Positions 19,093 through 29,802 of a stretch of 64,000 nucleotides of DNA are shown here, in pieces (the first letter of the stretch is position 1; each line of letters opens with the position of its first letter). A program made the translations under genes and the position numbers. Under the pieces are notes generated by a model, which saw only the letters and a program-made list of their open reading frames with translations, was not told where the DNA came from and did not search any database. The stretch is from Chitinophagaceae bacterium. Lineage in GTDB: Bacteria > Bacteroidota > Bacteroidia > Chitinophagales > Chitinophagaceae. The DNA lies in the NCBI GenBank assembly GCA_043778255.1, contig JAYWGN010000054.1, forward strand, positions 73,613 through 137,612, written 5' to 3'.

Positions 19093-21471
19093 TTAATTTC
19101 CCTCAGTTCCGTTATAATTTTGTTGCTCTTCTTTTTTCTTAATTCCAAAGTTGTACCTCAGGTTAATGCCAAACCTACGGGTATCGCTGTTACGGTTACC
19201 AAAGGCATTTATACTGCCTTGTTGCAACGTAAATTCGTTTTGGTTGGTGTATAAAGCATCTCTCAAATTGAGGGTTACAATTAGTTTTTTGTTCAAAAAT
19301 TGACGATTAATAGAAAAGTTAAGTTGCCCAAAATTACTTAATTGATAAAATTGAAACAAGCCACCCGTTTGCATCCAACCCTGCATGGATAGTGAACTTC
19401 GCTTATCTAATTTTAATTGGTGATAGGTAAAAAAGTTCCATGAGGTGTTGTTGAACTGTAAAGGTTTGCCTTCATAAAAGCCATTGTATTTATTAAAATT
19501 TCGTTGTCCGCCTACTACAAAAAAGTACTTGCCACCTGGTGGTAAAGCTGCTGTAAACCGTAAATAATTTTCGGTATTGTTGCCTAAGTTATCGTAGGTT
19601 CTTAATGCCTCTTGTGGATTATTAGGGTTTTGGTATATAACGTTGGTAAATATGCCTTTGGTTTTATTTTGCCCTATGGCAAATATTGGTTGGTCTTCAA
19701 AGCTTATGTTAGCTTCTACCGTTTCGGTAAATTGTGGTTTGAGGTTGGGGTTACCTACTTCGCTCAAATAATTATCAATAAATTTTGAAAATGGATTTAA
19801 CAAATCGTACCCTGGCCTTGTAATACTTTTACGATATACTAGGTAACCCCGCAAATCATATTTCATAATAGTGGCTATTGGTCGGCTTAGGTACACGTAT
19901 GGAAAAAAGTCATTGCGGTTTATAGTAAATTTTTGAGTGCTTGGTACTAATTGTGTGCCTTGCATATTGGTATTTTCTAGTCGTATTCCAGTTTTTAATA
20001 CAAATTTTTCTACTGTTTTACTGGCTTGTAAGTAGGTGGCAGTAATGCTTTCGGTGTAGTCAAATTTGTTGCTACGTAGGTTATCGGTATTATTATTTTT
20101 AAAAAACTGGGCTTCATTTTTATACTGTATGGTACTACTTTTTACACCAGCTTCAAGGGTTAGTTTTTTTATAGGTTTCCATACTACATCTGTTTGCAGT
20201 ATAGTTAAGTATCGGTTACTATTTTGCTTGCCATTACCTGCAATAGTAAAGGCATTAGGGCTTGTATATTGGGTATTATAATTTTGGCTATTGTTGTATT
20301 TAAAATAATTAAAACTTACACTACTCGTCCACACTAATTTGTTACTATCGGTTTTTAATTTTGCATTAATATTTTGAGCAATATTATAAGTGCCACCATC
20401 ATTTGCTACAGTATTATAATCGTTAGCAAAGTTAGTATTGGTACTTTTTTTTGTAAAATTATTTACGTTAGTAGAGTTAGCGTTTGATTTGTTGTAGCTA
20501 AAGTTAAGGTCGTACCCAAACTCCCATTTTTTGTTAGGCATATAACTAGTGCCAAAGTTTAAGTAAGGGTTGTAGCCATTTGTTTTGCTGTATGATTGTT
20601 GTTGAAGTAAGCTATCTGCTTTTATAAACCGATTACTATTTATGGCATCATAGTTGGCTCTGCGGCTCATTCCGGTATATACATATATGGTACGCTTATC
20701 GGTATTGTTACTTATTGATGCACCAATAAATTGGTTACCATAAGTGCCTTGGTTACCACCACCAAACACACTGCCAGTAAGGCCTAGCTTCACTCCTTTT
20801 CTAAGTACAATATTTATAACTCCGCCACTACCACTTGCATCTTCTTTGGCCGATGGGGTTCGCACTATCTCAATTTTGAGTATTGCATTAGGCGGTAACG
20901 ATTTTATAAGTGAGGCCATATCGGCTGCACCTAATCGTAAATCTCGGCCATTTATTTGTACTATAGCAGGTGTGGTACTACTTAGGTAAAAGTTACCATC
21001 CTGATCGGAAAAAATGCCGGGTGTTTTTTCTAATACTTCAAAAGCATTGGTACTAGTTTGTACAAGGTTTTCAGGGTCCACTATTGTTTTATCGTCTTCT
21101 TGTGTTATCAGTGGTTTTTTGGCTACCACAGTTATAGTTTTATTTTTATTTACAATTTGTTGTTTTAATTGTACAGGTATATTAGTTGTAGTACTATTAA
21201 GTTCTATTACTTTTTTAATACTTTGGTAACCTATACTTGTAATTACAAGTGTGTATTTGCCCAATACATTTACTTGAAAAGTAGCCACACCAATATCAGT
21301 AGTTATTTGTTGCATTATAATGGTAGTGTCTTTCAAAGAATTTATACTAATATTAGCAGCGGGTATAGGCTGCAAAGTACTGTTAGTAACAGTTATAGTA
21401 ATATTTTTAGTTTGTGCTTGTATTATAGTAGAAAGTAATAATGCGAAAAAAAATAAGTAAATTTTAGCCAT
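19093..21471 (-). CDS. Outer-membrane beta-barrel / TonB-dependent-receptor-like protein with N-terminal carboxypeptidase-regulatory-like domain
   Basis: 792 aa; signal peptide MAKIYLFFFALLLSTIIQAQ; N-terminal beta-sandwich region then plug-like and long beta-barrel with aromatic C-terminus (...LRYNF). Confidence 0.65.
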   Translation of the reverse strand: MAKIYLFFFALLLSTIIQAQTKNITITVTNSTLQPIPAANISINSLKDTTIIMQQITTDIGVATFQVNVLGKYTLVITSIGYQSIKKVIELNSTTTNIPVQLKQQIVNKNKTITVVAKKPLITQEDDKTIVDPENLVQTSTNAFEVLEKTPGIFSDQDGNFYLSSTTPAIVQINGRDLRLGAADMASLIKSLPPNAILKIEIVRTPSAKEDASGSGGVINIVLRKGVKLGLTGSVFGGGNQGTYGNQFIGASISNNTDKRTIYVYTGMSRRANYDAINSNRFIKADSLLQQQSYSKTNGYNPYLNFGTSYMPNKKWEFGYDLNFSYNKSNANSTNVNNFTKKSTNTNFANDYNTVANDGGTYNIAQNINAKLKTDSNKLVWTSSVSFNYFKYNNSQNYNTQYTSPNAFTIAGNGKQNSNRYLTILQTDVVWKPIKKLTLEAGVKSSTIQYKNEAQFFKNNNTDNLRSNKFDYTESITATYLQASKTVEKFVLKTGIRLENTNMQGTQLVPSTQKFTINRNDFFPYVYLSRPIATIMKYDLRGYLVYRKSITRPGYDLLNPFSKFIDNYLSEVGNPNLKPQFTETVEANISFEDQPIFAIGQNKTKGIFTNVIYQNPNNPQEALRTYDNLGNNTENYLRFTAALPPGGKYFFVVGGQRNFNKYNGFYEGKPLQFNNTSWNFFTYHQLKLDKRSSLSMQGWMQTGGLFQFYQLSNFGQLNFSINRQFLNKKLIVTLNLRDALYTNQNEFTLQQGSINAFGNRNSDTRRFGINLRYNFGIKKKEEQQNYNGTEGN

Positions 21472-21603
21472 AAATAAGGTTTGGTATGTAAAAAAACGAT
21501 TTTTAAATTAATATAAAAAAGGCAAATTACAAACGGCAAGTATTGTACCTTAATTGGTAAATATTTTTATTTAACATTCATTTATATTTTTTATTTTTAA
21601 CAC

Positions 21604-22359
21604 ATGGAAATTACAATTGCTGTTGCTGCAACATATTACAAAGTAAATTTAGCTGAGCCTATTGGCATAAGTATAACATTACAGCATGGTACTGGTAATC
21701 CCAATTGTTTCAATGCAGCAAACCCAGTGTTTGAGCCAGTTGTAGCCAATAATTTTGTTGGTGATACTCGGCAAGGTGGAGCTGTTAACTTTTATAATAC
21801 TACCACTAACCCACATGGCAATGGCACACATACCGAGTGTGTAGGGCATATAGCAAACGAACGAATTTATATAAACGATTGTTTGCAACAATACCATTAC
21901 ATAGCCCAACTAATAACAGTTACACCAATATTACTTAATGGCGATACAGTAATTACAGCAACACATTTAGCCAATAAAATATTGCCCAATACTAACACCA
22001 TAATAATACGAACATTACCAAATGCTATAAATAAAACTTTACAAAATTATAGTAACACCAACCCAGCATATTTCACCAACGATGCCATACAATGCTTAGT
22101 AGATGCAGGTATTGTACACTTACTAACTGACTTGCCAAGTATAGATAAGGAGCAAGATGGTGGTAAATTGTTAGCCCACTATGGGTATTGGCAATACCCT
22201 AATAACACCCGATTACATGCTACTATTACCGAAATGGTATATGTTGATAATGCTATAGAAGATGGCATATACTTTTTAAATATGCAAATACTCAATATTA
22301 AATTAGATGCAAGTAGTAGTAACATTGTGCTTTATAAATTGCAAGAAGTAAACCAATAA
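21604..22359 (+). CDS. Cyclase-family protein (kynurenine formamidase-like)
   Basis: 251 aa; H-x-G-T-H-x-[DE]-x-x-x-H metal motif (HGNGTHTECVGH). Confidence 0.65.
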   Translation: MEITIAVAATYYKVNLAEPIGISITLQHGTGNPNCFNAANPVFEPVVANNFVGDTRQGGAVNFYNTTTNPHGNGTHTECVGHIANERIYINDCLQQYHYIAQLITVTPILLNGDTVITATHLANKILPNTNTIIIRTLPNAINKTLQNYSNTNPAYFTNDAIQCLVDAGIVHLLTDLPSIDKEQDGGKLLAHYGYWQYPNNTRLHATITEMVYVDNAIEDGIYFLNMQILNIKLDASSSNIVLYKLQEVNQ

Positions 22360-22378
22360 TTAATTAAAAAAAATAAAC

Positions 22379-23233
22379 ATGAATAATTCAATATACCCTT
22401 GCCTTTGGTTTGATACAGCAAACGGTAAGGAACAATTAGCTGCACCACAATTTTATTGCAGCATTTTCCCTAATTCAAGTATTACAATGCAATCACCCAT
22501 TGTAACTACATTTTTATTAAATGGTCAAAAATTTATGGCTTTGTATGGTGGCCCTATGTATGCTGTAACCAATGCTGTGTCGTACTTTGTACATGACGAT
22601 AGTGAAGTGGCTATAGATACATATTGGCAAAAATTACTAGACGGGGGCAAAGTAATTATGCCCTTAAATAAATACCCTTGGAGCGAAAAGTATGGATGGT
22701 TGCAAGATAAATTTGGTGTAAGTTGGCAAATTTATTTGGGTAAAAAAACTGAAACTTGGCAATTTATATCCCCCAGTATTTTATTTGTGGCAAGCCAAAA
22801 TGGAAATGCCGAAGCTGCTGTACATTATTATACAACAGTATTTAAAAATTCAAATATAAATGGCATTGCTAAATACGAAGCTAATGAAAATGACACAGTC
22901 GGAAATGTAAAACATGCCGAATTTGTAATTGATAATTATAAAGTAATGTGTATGGATAGCTCAGCTCCTCATCAATTTGAACTTACACCGGGCAACTCAT
23001 TTGTAATTGATTGTACTACACAAACTGACATTGATTATTATTGGAACACCTTTATAGCCGATGGTGGCAAAGCCAGTAGGTGTGGTTGGTTGGCCGATAA
23101 GTATGGTGTAAGTTGGCAAATAATACCCACCATACTAGGGCAACTAATGACCGACCCAACCAAAGCCCAACGAGTAGGGCAGGCACTAATGCAAATGGAT
23201 AAAATTGATATTGCAACCTTACAAAATGCATAA
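22379..23233 (+). CDS. VOC/glyoxalase-fold protein of the PhnB / 3-demethylubiquinone-9 3-methyltransferase-like family, two tandem domains
   Basis: 284 aa. N-terminal IYPCLWFDTANGKEQLAAPQFYCSIFPNS. A second copy begins ISPSILFVASQNGNAEAAVHYYTTVF. Confidence 0.6.
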   Translation: MNNSIYPCLWFDTANGKEQLAAPQFYCSIFPNSSITMQSPIVTTFLLNGQKFMALYGGPMYAVTNAVSYFVHDDSEVAIDTYWQKLLDGGKVIMPLNKYPWSEKYGWLQDKFGVSWQIYLGKKTETWQFISPSILFVASQNGNAEAAVHYYTTVFKNSNINGIAKYEANENDTVGNVKHAEFVIDNYKVMCMDSSAPHQFELTPGNSFVIDCTTQTDIDYYWNTFIADGGKASRCGWLADKYGVSWQIIPTILGQLMTDPTKAQRVGQALMQMDKIDIATLQNA

Positions 23234-23235
23234 CG

Positions 23236-24303
23236 TTAACTTACTATAATTACCTTTTCGCCTTTACTTACTATACGTCCTATTGGTTTGGTATGTTGTG
23301 TTAAGTTATGTTGCTGTAGCAATAATTGAATAGCCTCTACATAATTTTCATTTACTGTAAATAGTAAGCCACCACTAGTTTGTGGGTCGGGTAGTAGGGT
23401 AAAGGCATCCATCATAGGCACTGTTTTTTCAATCAATATTTTAGCTCCATAGCTATTCCAATTACGGCTTGTAGCATCGGGTCTTATACCTATTTTAATA
23501 TAGGGGCTAAGGTCAGTTACCATGGGTATAGCATCCCATTGTAAGGTAGCACTTGTGGTAGAGCCTTCACAAATTTCAATTAAATGCCCTGCTAGCCCAA
23601 AGCCTGTAACATCCGTCATAGCTGTAACGTAAGGCAGTTTGCCCAAGGCAATACCAATATCATTGAGGGTTGTCATTACGGCTAATGCTTTTGTAGCATC
23701 TTGCTCCAATAATTTTTCTTTTTTTTCGGCGGTAGTCAGTATGCCTACACCAATAGGTTTGGTTACAAATATATAATCGCCTACTTGTGCTGTATTATTT
23801 TGTTTTATATGTTGCTTTGCTACTATGCCATTTACACTTAATCCAAATATGGGTTCTTGGCTATCAATACTATGCCCACCAGCAAGTACAATACCAGCTT
23901 TGGCACACATATTTCTTGCACCTTCTATTACTTTATTAGCTAGTGCTGTAGGCAAAGTTTCTACTGGCCAACCGAGTATAGCCAATGCCAGTATAGGTTT
24001 GCCACCCATAGCATATATATCGCTTATAGCATTTGTGGCGGCTATTTGCCCAAAGTTATAAGCATCGTTTACAATAGGTGTAAAAAAATCGGTAGTGCTA
24101 ATTAAACAATTATCGTTGTCTAATTCATACACCGCTGCATCATCGTTGGTATGGTTGCCTACCAATAATTTTGCATCGGTATGGGTAGTAGTAGTTTGGT
24201 TTAGTAGTATTTCTTGTAATGTTTTGGGTGCTATTTTGCAACCACATCCTGCACCTTTACTATAGGTGGTAAGTTTTATATTTTCCATAAGTGTATAATA
24301 CAA
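23236..24303 (-). CDS. selD: Selenide, water dikinase (selenophosphate synthetase), Cys-type
   Basis: 355 aa; N-terminal TYSKGAGCGCKI (catalytic Cys in place of Sec) and the AIR-synthase-related fold. Confidence 0.85.
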   Translation of the reverse strand: MYYTLMENIKLTTYSKGAGCGCKIAPKTLQEILLNQTTTTHTDAKLLVGNHTNDDAAVYELDNDNCLISTTDFFTPIVNDAYNFGQIAATNAISDIYAMGGKPILALAILGWPVETLPTALANKVIEGARNMCAKAGIVLAGGHSIDSQEPIFGLSVNGIVAKQHIKQNNTAQVGDYIFVTKPIGVGILTTAEKKEKLLEQDATKALAVMTTLNDIGIALGKLPYVTAMTDVTGFGLAGHLIEICEGSTTSATLQWDAIPMVTDLSPYIKIGIRPDATSRNWNSYGAKILIEKTVPMMDAFTLLPDPQTSGGLLFTVNENYVEAIQLLLQQHNLTQHTKPIGRIVSKGEKVIIVS

Positions 24304-24477
24304 AGTAAGGGTTATTGTTTTATAATAGTGTTGGCTATTTTTTTCTATTTTGCAATATTTACATAATTATAATATTTGAAAAATATATTAGTTTGTATAA
24401 CTCCAATATTTAACAAATAAATTAGCATAAAATTTGCTATTTTTACGTTATAACAAATTAAAGAGTTAACCTTAAGT

Positions 24478-25320
24478 ATGAGTTATAAAATAATTGTTGT
24501 ACTTTATTTTAGTATGTGTAGCTATAATACATTTGCCCAAACGGGGCAAAATGTATTAAATGCTGAAATTGGCATAACGGCTGGCACAGCCTATTACTTT
24601 GGCGATTTGAATACAAGAGCACAGTTTAACCGACCAAAGCCAGTATTTGGAGTGTCGTTTCGTAAAGCATTTGGCGAATATTTAGGGGCAAAAATTTCGG
24701 CTCATTATGCCCAATTGGGTTATAGTGATACTTATAGCAAAAATGCTTTTCAAGTAGCACGTAATTTAAGTTTTAATACCAATTTATTTGAATTGTCGGC
24801 TGCTGCTGATTTTCATTTTTTCAAATTCAATCCTTTAGAAGGTTACAGGTTTACACCTTACCTTACTTTGGGTGTAGGTATATTCAGTTACGACCCTTAT
24901 GCTTTTTTGCAGGGTCGCAAAGTACTGCTCCGCCCCTTAAATACCGAAGGGCAAGGTACCAACATTTACCCCGATAGAAAACCTTATAACACCATGGCAA
25001 TTTGCATTCCATTTGGTATGGGTGTTAAGTACAATTTAAGCAACCGTATCAATTTTATATTTGAAGTTACACACCGCTTTACTACCACCGATTATTTGGA
25101 TGATGTAAGCAAAACTTATGCAGGTGTTACAGCATTTCCACCAGGGCCAAGTGGTGCATTAACTGATGCATACTTGCTGCAAGATAGAAGTTATGAAAAA
25201 GGCACACTAATAGGTGTAAAGGATAAACAACGAGGTTGGAGCAAACAAAAAGATCAATATTTGTTTGCACAAATGGGTATTACTTTCAATATTATGAAGT
25301 ATAATTGCCCAACATATTAG
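24478..25320 (+). CDS. Outer-membrane beta-barrel protein (porin-like)
   Basis: 280 aa; signal peptide; alternating amphipathic strands; aromatic-rich. Confidence 0.5.
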   Translation: MSYKIIVVLYFSMCSYNTFAQTGQNVLNAEIGITAGTAYYFGDLNTRAQFNRPKPVFGVSFRKAFGEYLGAKISAHYAQLGYSDTYSKNAFQVARNLSFNTNLFELSAAADFHFFKFNPLEGYRFTPYLTLGVGIFSYDPYAFLQGRKVLLRPLNTEGQGTNIYPDRKPYNTMAICIPFGMGVKYNLSNRINFIFEVTHRFTTTDYLDDVSKTYAGVTAFPPGPSGALTDAYLLQDRSYEKGTLIGVKDKQRGWSKQKDQYLFAQMGITFNIMKYNCPTY

Positions 25321-25351
25321 TGTATAGTTTTTACAAATTATTTAATTTTTT

Positions 25352-25960
25352 CTACTCCCATTTACCCAGGCCTTCCCTTATTAGCAAAGGCACTTCGTCA
25401 TTAGTATAGTCAATAATGGTAGAGGGAATAATGCCACCCATACCACCATCAATTACAATATCTACTTGGTTGCCAAAGGTTTCATATATTACCTCGGGGT
25501 CTGTATATTCCTCAATGGTAGTATTGGGTAACGATGCACTCAGTATTGGTTCGTTAAGTTCTGTTATTAGTTGCAAGGCTATTATATTATTAGGTATGCG
25601 TAGGCCAATTGTGTGTTTTTTGCTTTGCAATATTTTGGGTACTTGCTTACTTGCATTAAGTATAAATGTATAAGGCCCAGGCAAATGCTCCTTTAATATG
25701 CGGTAGGTAGGTGTGCTTATAGGTTTGGCATAATCACTCAAGTGGCTAAGGCTATTGCAAATAAAACTTAGCTGTGCTTTTTCGGGTTTAAGGCCTTTAA
25801 TTACACATATTTTTTCAATAGCTTTTGGTTTGCTTATACTACAGCCTAAGCCGTATATAGTATCGGTTGGGTATATTATAATGCCACCATCTTGTAGGCA
25901 TTCAACAATTTGTTTAAGCAACCTTGGTTGTGGGTTGGTAGGGTGTAGGGTGAGTAGCAT
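25352..25960 (-). CDS. tsaC: L-threonylcarbamoyladenylate synthase (YrdC/TsaC family)
   Basis: 202 aa; IYPTDTIYGLGC motif and YrdC-like fold. Confidence 0.85.
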   Translation of the reverse strand: MLLTLHPTNPQPRLLKQIVECLQDGGIIIYPTDTIYGLGCSISKPKAIEKICVIKGLKPEKAQLSFICNSLSHLSDYAKPISTPTYRILKEHLPGPYTFILNASKQVPKILQSKKHTIGLRIPNNIIALQLITELNEPILSASLPNTTIEEYTDPEVIYETFGNQVDIVIDGGMGGIIPSTIIDYTNDEVPLLIREGLGKWE

Positions 25961-26166
25961 TTATTTTATGTAAAGGTACATTTTATACAAATGTTAATTA
26001 TTTTCTGAAGCATTTTCCCAACGAAAAAACCACAATTAATGCCTTATGTACAAATGCTAAGTACAACTACTATTGTATACCGTGTTTTCTGTACCTACAT
26101 TTGCAACGTACTAATAACAATAACACAATAAAAAGTACACAAACACAGTTATTAAAAACACAGATT

Positions 26167-26550
26167 ATGAAAACAAGTTTTACTCAAAGAATTTTAGCAG
26201 TTGCAGTTATCGTTTTATTAAATGTTACCAATAGTTTTGCTCATACTGGCTTAATTAAGTTTGCTACCAAAGCACCAATGGAAATACGCCAAATTAATAA
26301 AAATACTGTTGAAATTACCAATAACCTTATAAGTGTAAATGGTGAGTATTATGAGTTAGAAAAATCAACCGACAATAAAAATTTTAAAACAGTTACCATC
26401 ATTTTCCCTTTTGACAATACAGATAATATTAATACTCCAGTAGTATTAAAAGATAAAGTAACTACCGCCACTACCTATTACAGGCTTAAATGTATTAATA
26501 ATAACAGCATTACTTATACTCAACTTAAGGGTATTACCCTTGCTAAATAG
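26167..26550 (+). CDS. Hypothetical secreted protein
   Basis: ORF track gives 26101-26550; the internal Met at 26167 is followed by a signal peptide (MKTSFTQRILAVAVIVLLNVTNSFA). Confidence 0.45.
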   Translation: MKTSFTQRILAVAVIVLLNVTNSFAHTGLIKFATKAPMEIRQINKNTVEITNNLISVNGEYYELEKSTDNKNFKTVTIIFPFDNTDNINTPVVLKDKVTTATTYYRLKCINNNSITYTQLKGITLAK

Positions 26551-26840
26551 TAGAAAATTTTCTACATCATTATTACCAACTTATTAGCATCCAACTTTAC
26601 TTTACAGCAACTTTACTTTTTATTTCACAAAAAAAATATTAGATACATAGTATCCAAATTTGTAACCATTATATAACTGTTACAAATTAGCACCTCGGTT
26701 TTTCTTTAAGGGTAACAAAAAGCAAGTCCATCTTTTTCTAAAGATGTTTGTTACAAAAAATATTTGTTTGCAGACTATATGCTTTTTTTAGAATGCGGGG
26801 CTTTGGGTCCCGTTTCTTTTTTGTATTAACTACCCAATTA

Positions 26841-28172
26841 TTAGTACAACCAATATTTAAACAGTGCTGTTAGGTTTTGTTTGCTAACCACTTCCATCAC
26901 TTTTTTAAAATCATTAGTACTAGCATTTTTATATTTGTAAGTACTATAGTATTTTTTAATACCATTAAAAAATAAGATATCGCCAAGCTTTGTACGTAAG
27001 GCTTGTAGAAATAAACCTGCTTTTTCGTAACTACAAGCATTAAGCAAACTCATATAATTTGTAGTTGTATTTATAACAGGTATTTTTTTACTTCGTAAAA
27101 AATTAGCCACTTTAACGGAGTCCGTTTTTAATCTTTTTTGTAGGGTATCTACACCATATTTTTTTTCTAAATAATAGTTGGTAAAAAATGTAGCGAAACC
27201 TTCACTTAGCCATAGCTGCGAAAAATCAGCTTCGGTAACTGTGTTGCCAAACCATTGGTGTGCTACTTCGTGGGCTATAAGAGCCTCCATACTTTGTGGT
27301 GCATCCACTGCATACTCATCGTAAAAAATATTATTGGCATTTTCCATACCGCCAAACATGGTAGTGCTTTGCACATTATTTAATTTATCAAAAGGGTAAG
27401 CACCTATTGTTTTTTCAAAAAAAATAAGCACTTCTTTTGCCACGTCCATTTTGTTAGGCTGTGCAGCATAAGTTTGTGGGTAGTAATAGTTACATATTTC
27501 AATACTATCTCTAAGTAGGGTACATTTTTTTTGTAGTTCGGCTATACCAATTGTCATCACTTTTGTAGGTATGGGTTGGCTTTGTACAAAATGCCAACAA
27601 GTGGTATTTACAGCACATTCTTTTTTGCTTTGCAGCAACCCATTAGCCACTACTTGGTATTGGCTTGGTGCTATTACATTCCAAGCTACCGTGGCTTTAT
27701 CGGCAATATTATCAATACAAGGCAACCAATATTGGGCTCTGTTGGGCCAATTATCGCCAAACCAAGTGCGGTTGCCAAATTTATTTTGTCCTATTATAAG
27801 CCCATTGGTAGGCACTCCGCTGTATTTTATTAGTAGGGTATAGTTGTATAGGTTTTGTTTGTAATTGAGGTTAATATCAATTACATTGTTACTATGGCTG
27901 TAGGCTAATGGTTTGCCATTTAGTTGGGTTACACTACTTACGGTCATTCCTTTTTTTGTACGGTCTTGGTTTTTGAGGTTAAGCACCAAGTGGTTGTTAT
28001 AGCCAGTGCCTTTGCCCGTTATAGTGGTAGTGCCTATTATACTATCGTTGCGCTCATTAACCTCTATAGTAAAGTTGTAAGCTAATACATCGGTTGTTGG
28101 TAATGGGTCTATTTGGGCGTAGCCCGAAATAAAATACACGGTAGCAAAAATAAATACACAAATTTTTTTCAT
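26841..28172 (-). CDS. M1-family zinc metallopeptidase (aminopeptidase N-like)
   Basis: 443 aa; GGMEN exopeptidase motif (FGGMENANNIF) and HEVAHQWFGN...E zinc site. Confidence 0.85.
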   Translation of the reverse strand: MKKICVFIFATVYFISGYAQIDPLPTTDVLAYNFTIEVNERNDSIIGTTTITGKGTGYNNHLVLNLKNQDRTKKGMTVSSVTQLNGKPLAYSHSNNVIDINLNYKQNLYNYTLLIKYSGVPTNGLIIGQNKFGNRTWFGDNWPNRAQYWLPCIDNIADKATVAWNVIAPSQYQVVANGLLQSKKECAVNTTCWHFVQSQPIPTKVMTIGIAELQKKCTLLRDSIEICNYYYPQTYAAQPNKMDVAKEVLIFFEKTIGAYPFDKLNNVQSTTMFGGMENANNIFYDEYAVDAPQSMEALIAHEVAHQWFGNTVTEADFSQLWLSEGFATFFTNYYLEKKYGVDTLQKRLKTDSVKVANFLRSKKIPVINTTTNYMSLLNACSYEKAGLFLQALRTKLGDILFFNGIKKYYSTYKYKNASTNDFKKVMEVVSKQNLTALFKYWLY

Positions 28173-28174
28173 AG

Positions 28175-29680
28175 TTAGGGTGCTTTTATAAATTTATTAA
28201 GGTAGGGTATTTTGGAGAGTTCCTTACGTTCTACATTTACTATAAGCCAAGTATATAGCCAAAAACTAAGTACCGCAAATCCGTAATAAATAGCATTGTA
28301 GGGTAGCAACCAATATAATAAACGTTGCAATAAAAATAGCAGAACGGTTATAAAAATAAAGGCTAATAATTTTTTGTAAGGGTATGGTATTCGGTAATAT
28401 TTTTGCCCTTGTATAAAGCTAATAACCATCATATAAGCATAGCAGCAAAATGTGGCAATTGCACTGCCCACATAGCCCATAAGTGGCACTAGTAATATAT
28501 TGAGTAGCACGGTTATAATTACGCCCATTATAGTTATATAGGCTCCATAGTTGTTTTTGTTAGTAAGCTTATACCATACACTTAGGTTGTAATATATACC
28601 CAAAAACACATAACCCATAGCAAGTATTGGTACTACTATAATACCCTCGGCATACTCCTTATGTTTGTAGGCAATTAGGTACTGCCATACATTGGTAAAC
28701 ATGGCAACTATCATAAATATAAAGCAACAAGCAATCACAAAAAATTTCATTACTCTTGCATAAGTTTTTTTTGCATCAGCATCATTTGCTTTTTTAAAAA
28801 AGAAAGGTTCTGCTGCCATCTTAAATATTTGGATAAATATAGTAACCAATACTGCTAGTTTGAAGTTAGCGGCAAATATGCTATTGGCTATTTTGGCTTG
28901 GGTAGTTGGCAAGGTAGAAAACCGCTCAAATAGTACCCTGCTCAGCATTTCATTAATCATACCACCAAAGCCTACTATTATAAGTGGTAGGGTATATACC
29001 ATTATTTTTTTCCAAAGTACTACATTGAATTTTAGTTTTATTTGCAACAACTCACGGTACAGTAATAGTAAGGTTACAAACGATGCAACCAAATTGCCAA
29101 TTATTAAATACCCTACTTTTATGTTAGGATTATAAAACCTAAGCCACATACTATTGGGGTTGCTAACATATAAATGCTCACATACAATGGTAAAAAATAC
29201 AACAATACTTATATTAAGCACTATATTAATTACCTTAATAGCTGCAAATTTTTTTGGTCGTCCCTCTTCTCTAAGTTTGCAAAATGGGAGTACCGCTAAG
29301 GTATCTAACAGTAATATGGCAAGCATCCAAGTAATGTACTCGGGGTGTGCATCTATATTAAAGGTTTTGGCTATGGTGCCTTTGGCAAAATAAAAAAGTG
29401 TAGAAAATATTACACTACTTATTATTAATGATATGGATAAGGTGTTGTATACCTGTTGCTTGTTTTCGGTATTAGCAAACCGAAAATAACTAGTTTCTAA
29501 CCCATATACATACAGCACATTAAGAAACGGCAATATGGCATATATAAGGTTGTAATTATTGGTAACTAAAGGCATGTACCGCAGTGCTAGTATGGCAATA
29601 GCATAACTTAAAAAACGGGTAAATATAGTAGGTACACCATACCATAATGTTTGCGATGCTAAATTTTTAATGCCACTCAA
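28175..29680 (-). CDS. Polysaccharide biosynthesis protein / oligosaccharide flippase (Wzx-like, MATE-like fold)
   Basis: 501 aa; 12-14 TM helices; typical Bacteroidetes lipopolysaccharide-biosynthesis-protein architecture. Confidence 0.65.
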   Translation of the reverse strand: MSGIKNLASQTLWYGVPTIFTRFLSYAIAILALRYMPLVTNNYNLIYAILPFLNVLYVYGLETSYFRFANTENKQQVYNTLSISLIISSVIFSTLFYFAKGTIAKTFNIDAHPEYITWMLAILLLDTLAVLPFCKLREEGRPKKFAAIKVINIVLNISIVVFFTIVCEHLYVSNPNSMWLRFYNPNIKVGYLIIGNLVASFVTLLLLYRELLQIKLKFNVVLWKKIMVYTLPLIIVGFGGMINEMLSRVLFERFSTLPTTQAKIANSIFAANFKLAVLVTIFIQIFKMAAEPFFFKKANDADAKKTYARVMKFFVIACCFIFMIVAMFTNVWQYLIAYKHKEYAEGIIVVPILAMGYVFLGIYYNLSVWYKLTNKNNYGAYITIMGVIITVLLNILLVPLMGYVGSAIATFCCYAYMMVISFIQGQKYYRIPYPYKKLLAFIFITVLLFLLQRLLYWLLPYNAIYYGFAVLSFWLYTWLIVNVERKELSKIPYLNKFIKAP

Positions 29681-29802
29681 AGTATAATAAAGTTAAGTAA
29701 CAAAAATACACCATATTATTATTACTTAATACATTGGCATTAGATTTGCAAGTTGATGCAACGAATAGTTAAATAAATACATCAACTAAAAAAAAGTAAA
29801 TT

